From: Lytechinus pictus
Lineage: Eukaryota
Direction: 5' to 3'
DNA length: 64,000 bases
Assembly (NCBI RefSeq): GCF_037042905.1
Contig: NC_087245.1
Span: forward strand, 19,346,001 to 19,410,000
The notes under the pieces were generated by a model, which searched no databases, had not been told where the DNA came from, and saw nothing but the letters and a program-made list of their open reading frames with translations. A program made the position numbers and the translations under genes. Of this stretch, positions 1 through 13,400 are shown one piece after another (the stretch's first letter is position 1; every line of letters begins with the position of its first letter).

Positions 1-242
1 CGATAAATAAAGATGATCATTATTATTATTGCATTAGTGTAGCCCATGGGCTCCAGCATAAAATCCAGTTTGTTAAATGCCAACACTAATTCAGCCTGTA
101 AAATGGAATAGATAGTGTTATTTAGTTAGCAACTGTATGATTATTTCAATTCACAGAAAACGAAAATCCATGAGGCAGATAATAGCTTGATATGAAGACA
201 TATTGAATTGAACACTTGGAACTAATCTGTTAAGATATCATC

Positions 243-337
243 TTTATTATTGGTAATGTCTAAATCATTATATTACAATTTGCATAATTTCTATGCATGT
301 AATTTATATTGCATAAACCCTTTTATCACAGTTTATT
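243..337 (-). promoter_or_regulatory. Candidate polyadenylation signals (AATAAA at 332-337 and 243-248, minus strand)
   Basis: tttatt on + strand downstream of the candidate stop; chance hits are likely in AT-rich DNA. Confidence 0.25.
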
Positions 338-483
338 TAAAAACAAGAAGAAATAGATTACTGAAATTGTACCGTCACGACTGGACAAATTAGATCATTC
401 ACACACAAATAAAAATAAACAATACATGGCTAAAGCAATAAGGAAAAGTTGGAATCATACAACTAAGAAGCCAGGTGTTTTTT

Positions 484-754
484 TCAAATTGTCTTCATAT
501 CAATAAACATTAAACGAAGCTGAACGTTGGATAAATATGGTGAAGTATGCAGCGATAAGAACACAGAATAGAAAGAAATGTGTCTATGCCTCAGTTTCTT
601 TGATGAGAGTAAGTTAGAGTTGGCCCAAACTGTCCCACATCCGGGCTCTCTTATCAGCTTCTCTGTCTTGAGCGTGTAGAATCCTGAGAGAGGATATTTA
701 TCCTCTCCCAGATCTGGAAGCTCAAAGTCATGAACATGTCCTTTCTCTTTCGTG
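484..754 (-). CDS. Candidate terminal coding exon (divergent second half of last Ig plus tail, stop TGA at 484-486)
   Basis: Acceptor tttcacag at 755-762; phase 2 matches donor at 1264; open frame STKEKGHVHDFELPDLGEDKYPLSGFYTLKTEK...MKTI*; SGFYTL resembles the Ig tyrosine corner; AATAAA downstream. Confidence 0.4.
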
Positions 755-1264
755 CTGTGAAAAGCGAATGTTTACATTATGGATGGATGAACTCTTTATA
801 AGTGAATCAAATCAAAATTATTCTGAATGAAACACTTAGTCTTTATTCTTCTCTAATCTGTACAGCCCTCTATCATACTGCATACAAACTCATTTTAATG
901 AAAAAAGTATCAAAAGAGTTGTTACAGTATGAAAAGACTTTATTTGACTATTGTTAATCACTCATTTAATCTATGGCAAGGTCTATAGAAATAAGAGATG
1001 ATAAGAATTTAATAGTCTTCATTTAATATACTCATGATATTTTTGTAAATATTTCCTGAAATGCTGTACAAATCACTGTACTATTTAGAATCAATATCTT
1101 CCTCTCATGGTTTGCAGGAGACGTTTTTTATCATAAACACTTTTATTCAATAAAAAAAAAAAAAATTCAATGATATGAACAAATATAAAGCTACCACAGA
1201 GAAATAAGTAATACAATATGTAATCATACTGAAGATCCTTCGGAGGGAAGACTTTTTCTATTAC

Positions 1265-1424
1265 CTGTAGCGTCCACGTGTGTCAAGAACTTCGCCATCT
1301 TGTCTGCGCCATGTGAATGTTGGTTTGGGTGTTCCATAGGTCAGTGTGACCGGAATGTGGATTTCCTGTCCAGCTCTGACTGATAGATCTTGGAGATGAC
1401 GGTCAATGCTAAGTTGAGGTGGTC
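1265..1424 (-). CDS. Exon: N-terminal half of Ig domain
   Basis: PPQLSIDRHLQDLSVRAGQEIHIPVTLTYGTPKPTFTW; phase 1-2. Confidence 0.85.
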
Positions 1425-4400
1425 CTGATATGGAATAGAAAATATCGGATATGTTGAATACCACAATTTAAACTATTGAAATTGATATGAGAAATGTGAC
1501 CAACAAACCGCACATGACAAAATAAGGAGGAAGAGGTGGTAAATTCATAGAAAATTTAATAGTGTATAACTGATTTGAATGAACAATTTTAAATCAAATA
1601 TTCATTGGATTTACCATTACTCAACAACAGGTACTGATATATAATTACATAATTCAATTCTTTAATTATATGTGGGTTATGGAAGGTGATCATAATGTTC
1701 AAAACTGCTGAGCCAATGTGTACCACAGAGAGATGGGGACAGATTGGCATAAATTAGGCGCAGAGAGATAGTATGTGCGTGTGCGAACGAGGGTGGGCAT
1801 GATGGTGTGTGTGTGTGAGTGTATATGTGTGAGAGAGGAGAGATAGAGTATTTCATGTGAATTCTTACTCTGGATGAGCAACTCTGCAGATGATCTGACT
1901 GAGCCATGTTTGTTCTTGGCAATGATGGTGTACATGCCAGTTTCGTAGTCAGTGACAGAGGTGACAATTATCCTGTAGACATCATTCTCTTCAGTGATGT
2001 TGTACTTTCGACCTGTCATCAGCTCCCTGCCATGATGGACCCTTGAAAAGGGAAACAAAAACGTAGAATAGTGAGATAGACGTCCGGACACCTAGGAATA
2101 CTTAGACGTCCTCTTCTCAATTTTTCACAAAATATATGCATTGAGGAGCACAGACTTATAAAATTTGTTTGGAACAGTTTCCATCAGAATATTTCTCAAC
2201 AATTTAGTAAACATTGCTTGCAAAGTTTCTTGAAATTGCCGACTTGTCCACATTTATAACCTGTTCAGACATACAACGACAGGGTATTCATACTTATAAA
2301 CCTATGCTAGATGATGTGTAGGAAGCACAAACATAATGAATAGGTAGGTCCTTTTTAACAAAATATATTGCTTGAATATTTCTATGCAAGAATATTCATC
2401 TAGCAACATTACATATTTTTCTTCCCATGATATAACTGTTTAATATTTCTATTTGTTTTTTAAATTCTATCAAGTTCAGCTATAGTCTACTTGGCTTACC
2501 AGGAAACCTTTGGCTTTGGAGAGCCAGAGATCTTGCAGCTGAACATGCCAGTCTGTCCCTCTGGTACCATGGTGTTCTGAATCTCCATCTGGATTGACGG
2601 GGCTGCTCCAGCTGTCAGGGGATAAAAGTAACAGAAACCATGGTAATTATTTTAAGATCTGACTAAACCTAGTGAAAATTAAGGGTTCAAGTTTACTTTC
2701 TTTGAAGAAAACTATTTTAAGAAAATATGATAATTACTCATCCACAATTGGAAGTGAAATTGTGAAAAAAAAATGACAGTCCTGAAAATTAGCCATTTGA
2801 AAACAATCAAGCACAAAGAAGCTTTATAACTGATAATTCACCTTTCATTATAAGTTGCACTGGCATTCACATGCTAGTTGAGGATGTGCTGGTCAACATT
2901 GCAGGACAATCCAAAAATATATGGTTTTGTACAGCTAAAAGGGGAGTAGTCTTTGAATTGTAGGAAAGGACAGGCTGTAGTCTCTTTCTTCATAAAATTT
3001 CAACAAATAAAGATGAATGGGAAAACTGAAAAAAGTAAATAAAACTTCCAGCTGAGTGTCTTTGTGTAAAAAGCTTAGGACTGTTTGTTGACTCATCGGT
3101 TCAAAGTCCAATTCATATGATTCAAAGATTCTTAAAAGAAAGGGGTCAGTGACCGAACACATCTCAAGATTACACCTGTCTTTCATTATCAAGCTGGGAT
3201 AAGTTACATGACCGTTTCTACTAGACAACTGTAAACTATTAATGACAATAGACTATTGCTCTTATTGATAAAAGCAAGACATTCCCTAGGAGATGACTAG
3301 AGTGACCCAACTCCCCCTCAATTAGGATATCACATTTTTGTTCATAAATTCCTAGTGAAATCAGTTTTCATATTGTTATTTTGGCATTATATGGATTGTA
3401 TCAGAAACATCTGCCAGAGGAAGGGAAATGGTGTAAAAAAGTCTTCCATAATCTCGGATGATACTCTTTTCAATTGAAAATGTATGATTGAGACAATTTG
3501 GTATACTTACGCAGCTGTGATTCAGCCACGAATGACTCCGACGCCCTGCTTGGATCACTCTCATTGCCAGCAGCATTAACAGCCCTCACCCTGAACGTAT
3601 ACTCCTTATCCTCCACGAGGTCGTTGACGGAACAGCTTGTGTTATGAACCACTGTCCTGTCGGTCCACATGTAGGAACCTCTTAGCCTGCGCTCGACGGT
3701 GTAGTGGGTGATCTCGCTACCACCATCAGTCGATGGCAGCGACCAGGAGAGGCTGACTGAGGTAGCACTGATGTCACCGATGATGGGAGGTCCAGGTGGT
3801 GTGGGTCGGCCTGCAGAAAGATATAACAAAGTATTCATCCATCACAAGTACAATAATCATACAGAATCTCGAACATCTGATCAGATAAACCGAATAGTAA
3901 AGACTGTAAATCACAGAGTAAAAACATCGACTACATTATAACAATCATCAAGCATATCACTGAAGCGATATATTAAAAGCTGCAATCGAGTAAATTTTTT
4001 TTTTTTATTTCCAACAAGTAAGATTTCAACTTCTCAGATCCCAGGTACTTTAAAGAAAGTTAATGCTTGGAATTCCTCAAATGACAGCCTTCAATTACAC
4101 ACCTCCTTAACAGAAGGCCTTACATACAATGTACATATATTCAAACACAGCACTCAACCATATAATTGAATTGATAAAATAATGTTGTTAGGCAAATCCC
4201 ATTGCATTAATGCTTTTACTGAATACAATAGGCTCACGGTACATACAGACTGTCTGGCACCATATCAATAAGCAACAATTGTATGGATATTATGTACTGA
4301 TTCTTAATGCTAAAGCTGATTATCTTTATAAACATTTGTGAAAAGTTTCATAAACCCAGTTGCTTATTTAAAAATCAATATGTTTATTTCAGAGGTAAAT

Positions 4401-7400
4401 TTTATTATGAAATCATTAATACACATAGGGTCAAAGACAACAAAATAAAATAATAAAATATACATTATATGTTGATGAATAGCTGAGAGAATAAACACCC
4501 TGTCCAAAGACAAAAAAAATATTGTCCAACACATTATAAGGAAATAGATAGTGTCATCCGGCATTGAAAATAAATTTAAAGGGTACTATTCATCTCAAAG
4601 GATCGGTAAAATTAAAAACTTGTTATTGAGATAAAAGCATAGAATCTTGGTAAAATAAGGCATTTTACATTTACTCCTCAATAAACAAATGTACATAAAT
4701 TTTAAGATGATTGAAGATCAATCGCACTTACCTGCTGGGGATCTTGCAAGTCTAGGAGGAGCAGAGATTTCACTTGGGTTACCAATGCCTGTGTCATTGA
4801 CCGCACTGATACGGAACTCATAGTTATTGCCTTCTGTCAGACCCTTGATTGTGAAAGTGGTATCCTTGATGAGATCACGGTTGACTCTGTTCCACTGGTT
4901 GCCGAAGTTCTCCCGGCGTTCGATGATGTAGCCTTGGATGGGCTTACCACCATCATGGCTGGGTTCTGACCAGGTCAATGTCATGCGGTCACGCTGGACA
5001 TTGCTGATTTCTGGCTTGCCGGGTGGTGTGGGCACAGCTACAGAAAAACGGATGAAGTCATCAAAGAAAGTGATACGATAAAATGAAACCACAATTTTTC
5101 TCTACTTCGTAAAAGTGACAGAATGATGATGGCATAAAGGGGTGGGATTCAAATCGTTTATTATTACTTACAATATCATTGCAAGCATTGAAGGGGACGG
5201 CAAATATCGAGGACATATTCTTCATAAAGGCCTACAGCTCTCTTAAGACAATTATTAGATCTAAAAAAGAATGTCCTTATTAAGTAAAAAAAAAATTGTT
5301 CTAATGAGAGAGAGGGGCATAATATTATCCCATTGCAATATTCAAATTCTCATAAATAAATCAACCAATGTAAAATCATATGAAAAAAAGGTTATCTTGA
5401 TATTTATCATGATAGTTTGATGTAATTCACATCATCTAACTTTTATAGAACTTGTCCACAAGCTTTAGTGAAAAAAATCTAAATTGAAACTTACAGAATG
5501 GAGCAACGATGACCACTGGTTCAATGCCGTGAAGAGGTGGTCCAACCCCATTGATGTTCTCAGCGCAAACACGGAATTCATACTCCACCTTCTCGCTCAG
5601 CCCTGAGACCGTGAACGGAACATGAGACACATAGTTGGAGACCGAAGTCCACATTCTACGGTTAGCCTCACGCTGTTCAACGGTATAGGACTGAATGGGC
5701 GAGCCGCCATCATCCTTTGGAGGTTCCCAGGATAAGCTCACAGAGTGTCGGCCAACATCGGTGATCTTGAGTGGGCCAGTTGGTGGGCCAGGTACATCTG
5801 ATATAACAGAGGTAATGCAGAATTTTGTTTTGCCATTGAAATGAGAAAGTAAATATGATGTACAGTTAACCTAAATTAGTATATTCATGACTAATATTTC
5901 ACTACAATTTTATCAATAACATCACTCTTATGGGACATTACATGAAACTTGCGTTCAATTCAAAATCAAGTTCTCTAATTCAAAGCGGATTTGTAGTTGA
6001 TTTGCATTTGAATGCAACATTCAATTACAACTGTCTTACAATGCCCTATTGCGCTTTATTAGGAGATTTACACTTGGCTTGCTATTAAATTAAGTTTCCT
6101 GCATTATCACATAAGCCTCATTATCATCTCAATATGTTTAAAAGTCTTCTTTGGTCATTCCAAGAAAAAAGGTATTCCATTTATACTACCAAATAGCAAT
6201 AAAAAACCTGACAAACATACCAATGACATTCACGCGGATGACTGCTGTCTCATGTCCAGCATCATTGGTCATTGTAATGCTGTACTTGCCAGTGTCGCCA
6301 CGGACACAGTTCCTGATGACCAGCTGAGTGCGGTTGTCCCTTGTCTCTATGTGTGTCCTGGTGTCCTCACTAATACGGGTATCATGGCGATGCCATTCAA
6401 CCTTTGGCGTGGGGCATCCGGTGTACGGCACAAGGAGGCGTAGAGTGTTGCCGGTTTTGACGATGACAACATCCTTGTATGCTTTGACATCGATTGTAGG
6501 TGGTTCTGATTAGAAAGAGAAGACATGGTTCAATTATAAGAAGCTGATTTGTGCTCTGATGATTTTTAATTCAAATCGGGTCTTGTATCACATTATCTCA
6601 GTTATTTAACTAGAAACATCTATTTGAATAAATTTTTTTCTTAAAGTACTCTGTGCATATTCACATCCTTATCTCCAACATGAATTTGGAACTTTAATGA
6701 ATCTCAGAATTTTTCTTAATGTCTGTTTCAAATTACATAAATAAACAGAGATTTTTTTGACAAACCTTTCACAGAGAGCCAGCAAGAGGTTGATTGCTTT
6801 CCACACTCGCATGTGTATTTTCCTGTATCTCTTTCTCCTACATTGCGGAGAGTGAGGGCTCGACGTTGGCCTTCCTTGATCTCATTGACGCGGTCGTAAC
6901 CAAAGAGTTGGAAACCATCCTTCATCCACTTGACCTCTGCCTTGGGGTTGGAGATGCGGCATTCCAAAGTCACTGTCTTGCCAGCCTTGGTGGAGACATC
7001 CTTGAGGGGCTCAATGAACTCAGCAAGTTCTGGAAAGCAAAGGAGATGTAAAGAAGGCTTAAACTCACTTCATGAACACATTCATGATAGGAGTCCATTT
7101 ACAATGCATTAAGCATCAATGATTGTTCTTGCAAGTATGGGTTAACAAAGAAATACTGCTGCAGGATCAATGTTGCAACGTCATAGTTCCTGCTGCATCT
7201 CAAATGTTGTTTAGATATGAATGAGTGTCTTAGGTTTGAAGACTTAGTTTTTTTAATACATAAATTGTAATTTGCAAGTAGGTTTTTATTTTGTTCCTTT
7301 CAAACCCTAAATACATAATATACAAAATATTTCAATTCATCAAGATGTAAATCTGTCTCATATCCTTACCAACTGGGGCCTTGGAAACGATGGGTGCAGA

Positions 7401-10400
7401 TGTTTTACTGAAGGCACCTAGTCCTGCCTCGTTTTCAGCCGCCACCCTGAACTCGTACTCCCTTCCTTTGGATAGTCCAGTAACTCTGAAGTTGGGTTTC
7501 TTCAGTTGTTTCCTGGTAGCTCTCAACCACCTTGTTCCTCTGGTCTCTTTGATCTCCAGGACGTAGTTGAATATCTCAGCTCCTCCATCACTCTTAGGTG
7601 GTTGCCATGATAGTGTGATACTGTCATCCATGATGTTGGAGGCCTTAGGAACTCCAGGAGCTTGTGGTTTATCTGAAATAAATATAAATCATGTTTGTAT
7701 GATCACAGTAATTAAAATTATAATATTTATCCATCTCTTCATCTGTTTAGGATGTATGAATTACCTAACCATACTGGAAATGTGCCTATCAGTCTTGTTC
7801 ATGAGCAATATTTTTAGTGCAGTGTTCTTTTTGTTAAAGGACAAAAATATTAAGAGATCATTGCATTTCTATTACTTCATACTTTTGATCTGTACTGATT
7901 TGATCTGAAAAATTTAATAAATATTGATGAATTATAAAGTTTATATCTCCCATGTGAAATTAACACAATCAATCATACAGAAGAATGATCCTCACCGAAG
8001 GCACTCTTGATCAAGATGGCTGCCTCTGTCTCAAGTGGTTCACTCTCACCATACTTGCTAACAGCTCGGACACGGAACAAATAGCTCCTTCCATCCTTCA
8101 GTCCTGTAACAGCGTACCGGGGACTAGACAGTGTGGACGTGACTCTACTCCAGCGGAACTGGTCTGGTTCTCGTTTTTCCAAGATATATCCAGTGATATC
8201 AGCACCACCGTCATCCTTAGGTGGTTCCCATGCCAGAGTGACCGAGTCACGAGTGATGCTTGTGACCTTGATAGGACCTTCAGGTGGTGAGGGTTTGTCT
8301 GCAATGTAATGAGTTACAGTGTAGAACAATATTTAGGATCGACTTTAAGGTAGTTTCCTTTTAAAACAATTGATTTTTAAGAATCTATGGTTTATCTCAG
8401 ACTACAGATTTGACTGAAATCAACTTTGTGTGAATTCTTTTCTTCAGTATTCCAATCAATTTCATTTCCATCAAAACCCTTAGATTTTCCCATACCATGA
8501 AGCCAACTTAAAATCTGAATCTCTAAGCACTAGCTTTCATGCCTATGAGAAAGGTTTAACCACAAAAATTTACCCACACAAATATACCCTTTCTTTATAC
8601 ACCGTACATATGTAAAAACTTACCAAGAACTGCAACTCGGATGGTTGCTGTATCAGAGCCAGCTTTGTTGCTAATCTTGATGGTGTATGAACCACTATCT
8701 GATCGATGGGCCTCCTTGTTGGTCAAGACAGCACTGTATGTAGTCGTAGAAGCCTTGATGCGTCTTCCGTCATCTACCTGCTTGTCATCCTTCAGCCACA
8801 CGACTGTAGGTGTAGGAGTGCCTGAGATTGGGATGTCAAGATGGAACAGGGTACCGGCACGAACAGTAACAACGTCACGGAAGTGGGATCCAAGGTCGAT
8901 CTTTGGCGCGTCTGTAATTTAGGATTAAAAAAAGACAGACAAAAGTTAGTTCTTAATGAGAATTCATATTTTTAATACTTATGTGAGGCACATAGACATG
9001 CTATCACAGTGCTCATAGCAGTTAATGTAGAGATTTAAACTTAATCACTAAGAAATTTTTGAATAAGAAGAATAAACATCAGAGCTAGATTAAGGATAAA
9101 TTGTAAAATTTTTGTGATTAAAAATGATGAAGGATGATTTCAACCAAACTTCTTTGTGGATACGATTGTGTGCTCAAAATATTGTAAAGAAGAATATATG
9201 AGCGATCTACTACATCTAATCACAACAACTGCTTTGGAACCAACGATACTTACAGGAAGGTCTCTCTACGATGACGGGAGCAGCGGTAGCTGCAGGAGTG
9301 CTCATTCCAGCCTTGTTGACAGCGCTGACACGGAACTCATATTCCTTGCCCTCAGACAGGCGTGGAACCCTGAGAGTCGTATCCATGATGGGTTTGAAGC
9401 TTGTTTTGCTCCATCCAGCTTTTGGCTGGCCCTTTTCACGCTTCTCCACAATGTACCCGGTGACGGGAGCACCACCATCTCTCTGCGGTTTGGACCAGGT
9501 CAAGGAGACACTGTCTTGTTGGATGCTCTCAACCTTGATCTTGCCAGGCTGATCTGGGACATCTGTATTTGAAAAAAGAAAATTGTATAAATATATTTAT
9601 ATATATTTGATGAAATATTAGTCTGGCACACATTCCCTTAAATCATTTTCCTCAAATATCTTTTTCAAATTCACACCAAACAATTATTTTTTCAGAAATT
9701 ATTAAAAAATCTGATGTATTCATAACACTGAAGTTGGGGAATATGGAAAGTGGTGTGACTGATATAATATATTTTGAAGGCCATGGTGTTGGAACAAAAT
9801 AAATAATATTTTGATGTGAATGTTTTTATAAGCTCAAACATGTTCTAACATGCATTTGATAAAAAATACTATCCTAGCAAATGTCATGTCTTTTAACATA
9901 TCCTTACCATAATCTCCCTTTGGAATGATCTTTTCGCCATCGAGAGGTTCACTGACTCCTAGCTTATTCTCAGCCCTCACACGGAATTGGTACTCTTTAT
10001 CCTCTATGAGTTTGGTTACTCTGCATGATTTAAATGAGATTGGAATAAGATAATTCATATATTGTGTTGCTAAATAATGTAATAAAGAAAACACCTTCCC
10101 ATGAAACGGCACATTTTTATCTTCATACATTTTTTACTCTATCAGTAGTTTGTGCAACAATAATACATACAGGAAACTCGTACAAAGGTAACATAACTTT
10201 AATAATAAGAGCATAGCCAAGTAAGAGCAATTTTTCCATTTGGAGTGTACACAATTTTCATGTCTTTTAATTATTTCCAATTAAATCCCAAAGCTGCCGG
10301 AATATCTACATGTTCAAATTGGCTTACAACTTGCTGTTTCATTGTTTAGTGAAATAAATCTTAATCATCATATTGTTAAAAAAAAAAAAAAAAATACACT

Positions 10401-13400
10401 ATAATTATCTATATCTTCAAGGAAGTTATTCCTTGAAATACCGAGCACTGGAAAGGCTGCTTGAGCTACAGCCGGGGTATTAATATCCAAGTCCTTTGGA
10501 AGCGCATAGAGACATTATTCATAATGTATTATGCACTATACAAGAACTGACTATTATTATTATTATTATCATCAAACAGTGCGGCATAATTCCATACTTT
10601 CTTCAAAATACTTCAGATTATGCAGATAACATCATCCTTCCTTACCTAAACTTTGTATCAGGGATCATACTTGAGACGTTGGTCCACGATCCATATCCTC
10701 CCTCTCTCTTCTCCAACACGTATCCTGTAACTGGACTACCACCATCATCATGCGGTGGACTCCATGATAGGGTCACCTCATTGCTACCGAGTTTGACAAC
10801 TGTAAGAGGACCTTGAGGTGGTGATGGACTATCTACAACATTCACGGTCACCGTCACAGTGTCCTCTCCTGCCTTATTAGAAGCCTTGATGACATAGTCA
10901 CCGCTATCTGTCCTCTCGGCAGTTCTTGCAGTTAGAGTGGTACCGTAGTTGTTGCTGTCGATGGTGATACGGGTTGATCGTTGGACGGTGTCATTGTTAT
11001 GGGTCCATGTTACAGTTGGGGTTGGAGTGGCTTTGTAGGGAATGTCAATACGGAATGTGTGGCCTGCCCGGATGGTCATTACCTTCTCAAAGCGGGCATC
11101 AAGGTTGAATTTTGGTTTTACTATTTAAAAGAAGGAATCAGGAAATTATCAAAATAAATGAAATACAAACATAGTATAGGTATACAATAAATTCACAGTT
11201 TACAACTTTTATGATGCATAGGTTGGAAAAATCTTGATGCAATATGAACTGTTTGGCAAGATCACAAATACACCCCCTTCCCATGCACAAACTTTAAATT
11301 ATAGCTAAGATGCCTTCCGCACTTAAGTGCCTTGATCTTTCATTGGTTGTTGGGTTTCCATTGTATTTACAAATAGTCTACGATGGACTAATTGTTTCTA
11401 ATGGTAAGTTTTTGCTCTGGGTCACGATTAATACATTGTTCTTTCCCTTCCCGTCACATTAGACAGCTACATATTTGCAACAAAATTTCAGTGATGCACT
11501 TATGTGGGAAACATGTACTCCCTGTCTTGGCCATCTTCATAAAAGAATATTTATTCACTTAAGTTAGGGTAGTAGAGCTGGTCTATTTATTCAACTTAAC
11601 TCGGGGCAGATTACATTGCTAAAGCTAATCTGCTTACTGAGAGAAAATGGTGACTATGAAACAAACAATATCTTATTGAATGAAGATATGATCTTACCAG
11701 GTGGATCTTCCACCAGGACAGTGTTGGACGGTTCACTTGGACGGCCTGTTCCTGCGCGGTTAACAGCGCAAATCCTGAACTCATACTCTGTGCCTCGGAT
11801 TAACCGAGACGCTTTGAATGTTGTGTCTGGGGTCGGGGTCAGTGTAGCCTTGACCCATCGTGGACTTGTAGTCTGTCGAATCTCGACGATGTACCCTGTA
11901 ACAGGAGCACCACCATCATTGGACGGTGGAGTCCAGGTGACCGTGACGGAGTCTGCAACAATGTTGGTGACCTTAGGAGCTGATGGAGGGTCAGGAACAT
12001 CTGAAAATTTTACCAAAAAAAAAAAAGAATGATGTAAATATAAGAGCAAGAAAACTTTCACTTTTATTCCATAAGATACAACTGAAATGCTTTCATACAT
12101 CATATCCTGAGATCCTAAATATGAGACAGCTATGATATTTGATCCATTTACATGATTTTGAATCCATAGAAACTTTTCATTTCCAAAGGAACTGTGATTT
12201 TTAATAGTAAATTTGTGATCAATATAACACTATCCAGTGGATGGTGAATATATCGAGAGGTCTATATAGTTTATACTAAAGGTCCAAGGTTTTATCAGAA
12301 TCTTTTGTCTGAAAGTAAATAAAAACAAAGACATTAAGATTAGGGCCCATTGCAGGAAAGAAATGTCATCAAACGTAACCCGAGTTGCATTTTAATTTCT
12401 GCATAACCTATGAAAAAGCAACTTACCGTATTGTCCCTGAGGTGTGATGCTTTGACCTTCAAGAGGTTTGCTCTGTCCATACTGGTTCTCAGCCAGCACA
12501 CGGAACTGGTACTTCTTATTCTCCTTTAGACCTGTCACCTTGTACGTTAAATCTGTGATGTAGTCCTTGTTCACATGCTTCCACTTTGTCTCATTCTCAC
12601 CACGCTTTTGCACCACATACGTAAAGATACGACTACCACCGTCATCTGAGGGCGGGCTCCATGATAGGGTGACACTGTTCTCTGAGACATTACTAATTTC
12701 GAGTGGACCACGTGGAGGACCAGGGCGGTCAAAGACACGCACCTCAACATCCAAAGAATCAACACCTGCGGTGTTCTTCAGGTTGATTGTGTAACGTCCT
12801 GCGTTGGCCTTTTCTACATGTTTCACAGTGATTGTTGATGCACGGTTACTTGTATCTACCCTGATGTGACCTGATGGTTTCAGAGGCCTGCCGTCAAATG
12901 ACCATGATACAGCAGGTGTCGGGATACCAGTATAGGGTACCTCAATTCGGAAGGATTCTCCAACCTTTGCCATAATTGGTTCGTCAAAGCGCCCACTGAA
13001 CTTTGGTACAACTGTGATGGATAGATATAGAAAATTTAAAATTCTTGAATTTAATTATCTGGTTTAACTGTCTGCACATTGACAATGCATGATAAGAGTG
13101 TTCTTAATATCCCTGTTAGACAGACATCAATTTTTTCAGCAACTAAAAAAGTCCTTAAACTCGAAACCTAATGTCCAAATTTGCATGGCTGTTATAGACC
13201 TAAATTGGATCTTACTGAAAATACTTATATCCATATATCCCCTTTCAACTCCTGAGTTTTATATTGCAATTATTGATATTTATTCTCGTCTGGGTGTGAG
13301 TGAGCCATTTAGAGATCGATTTAAACTATTGTCTTTGACTCCAGTGAGCCACACAACATACTTCAGTACACACCTGTGGTTTCCTCAGCCCTAATAGGAG

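Noticed and set aside
5930..6050. Possible degenerate MITE (inverted ttgcgttcaa / ttgaatgcaa)
   Set aside because: Terminal repeats too degenerate and no TSD identifiable
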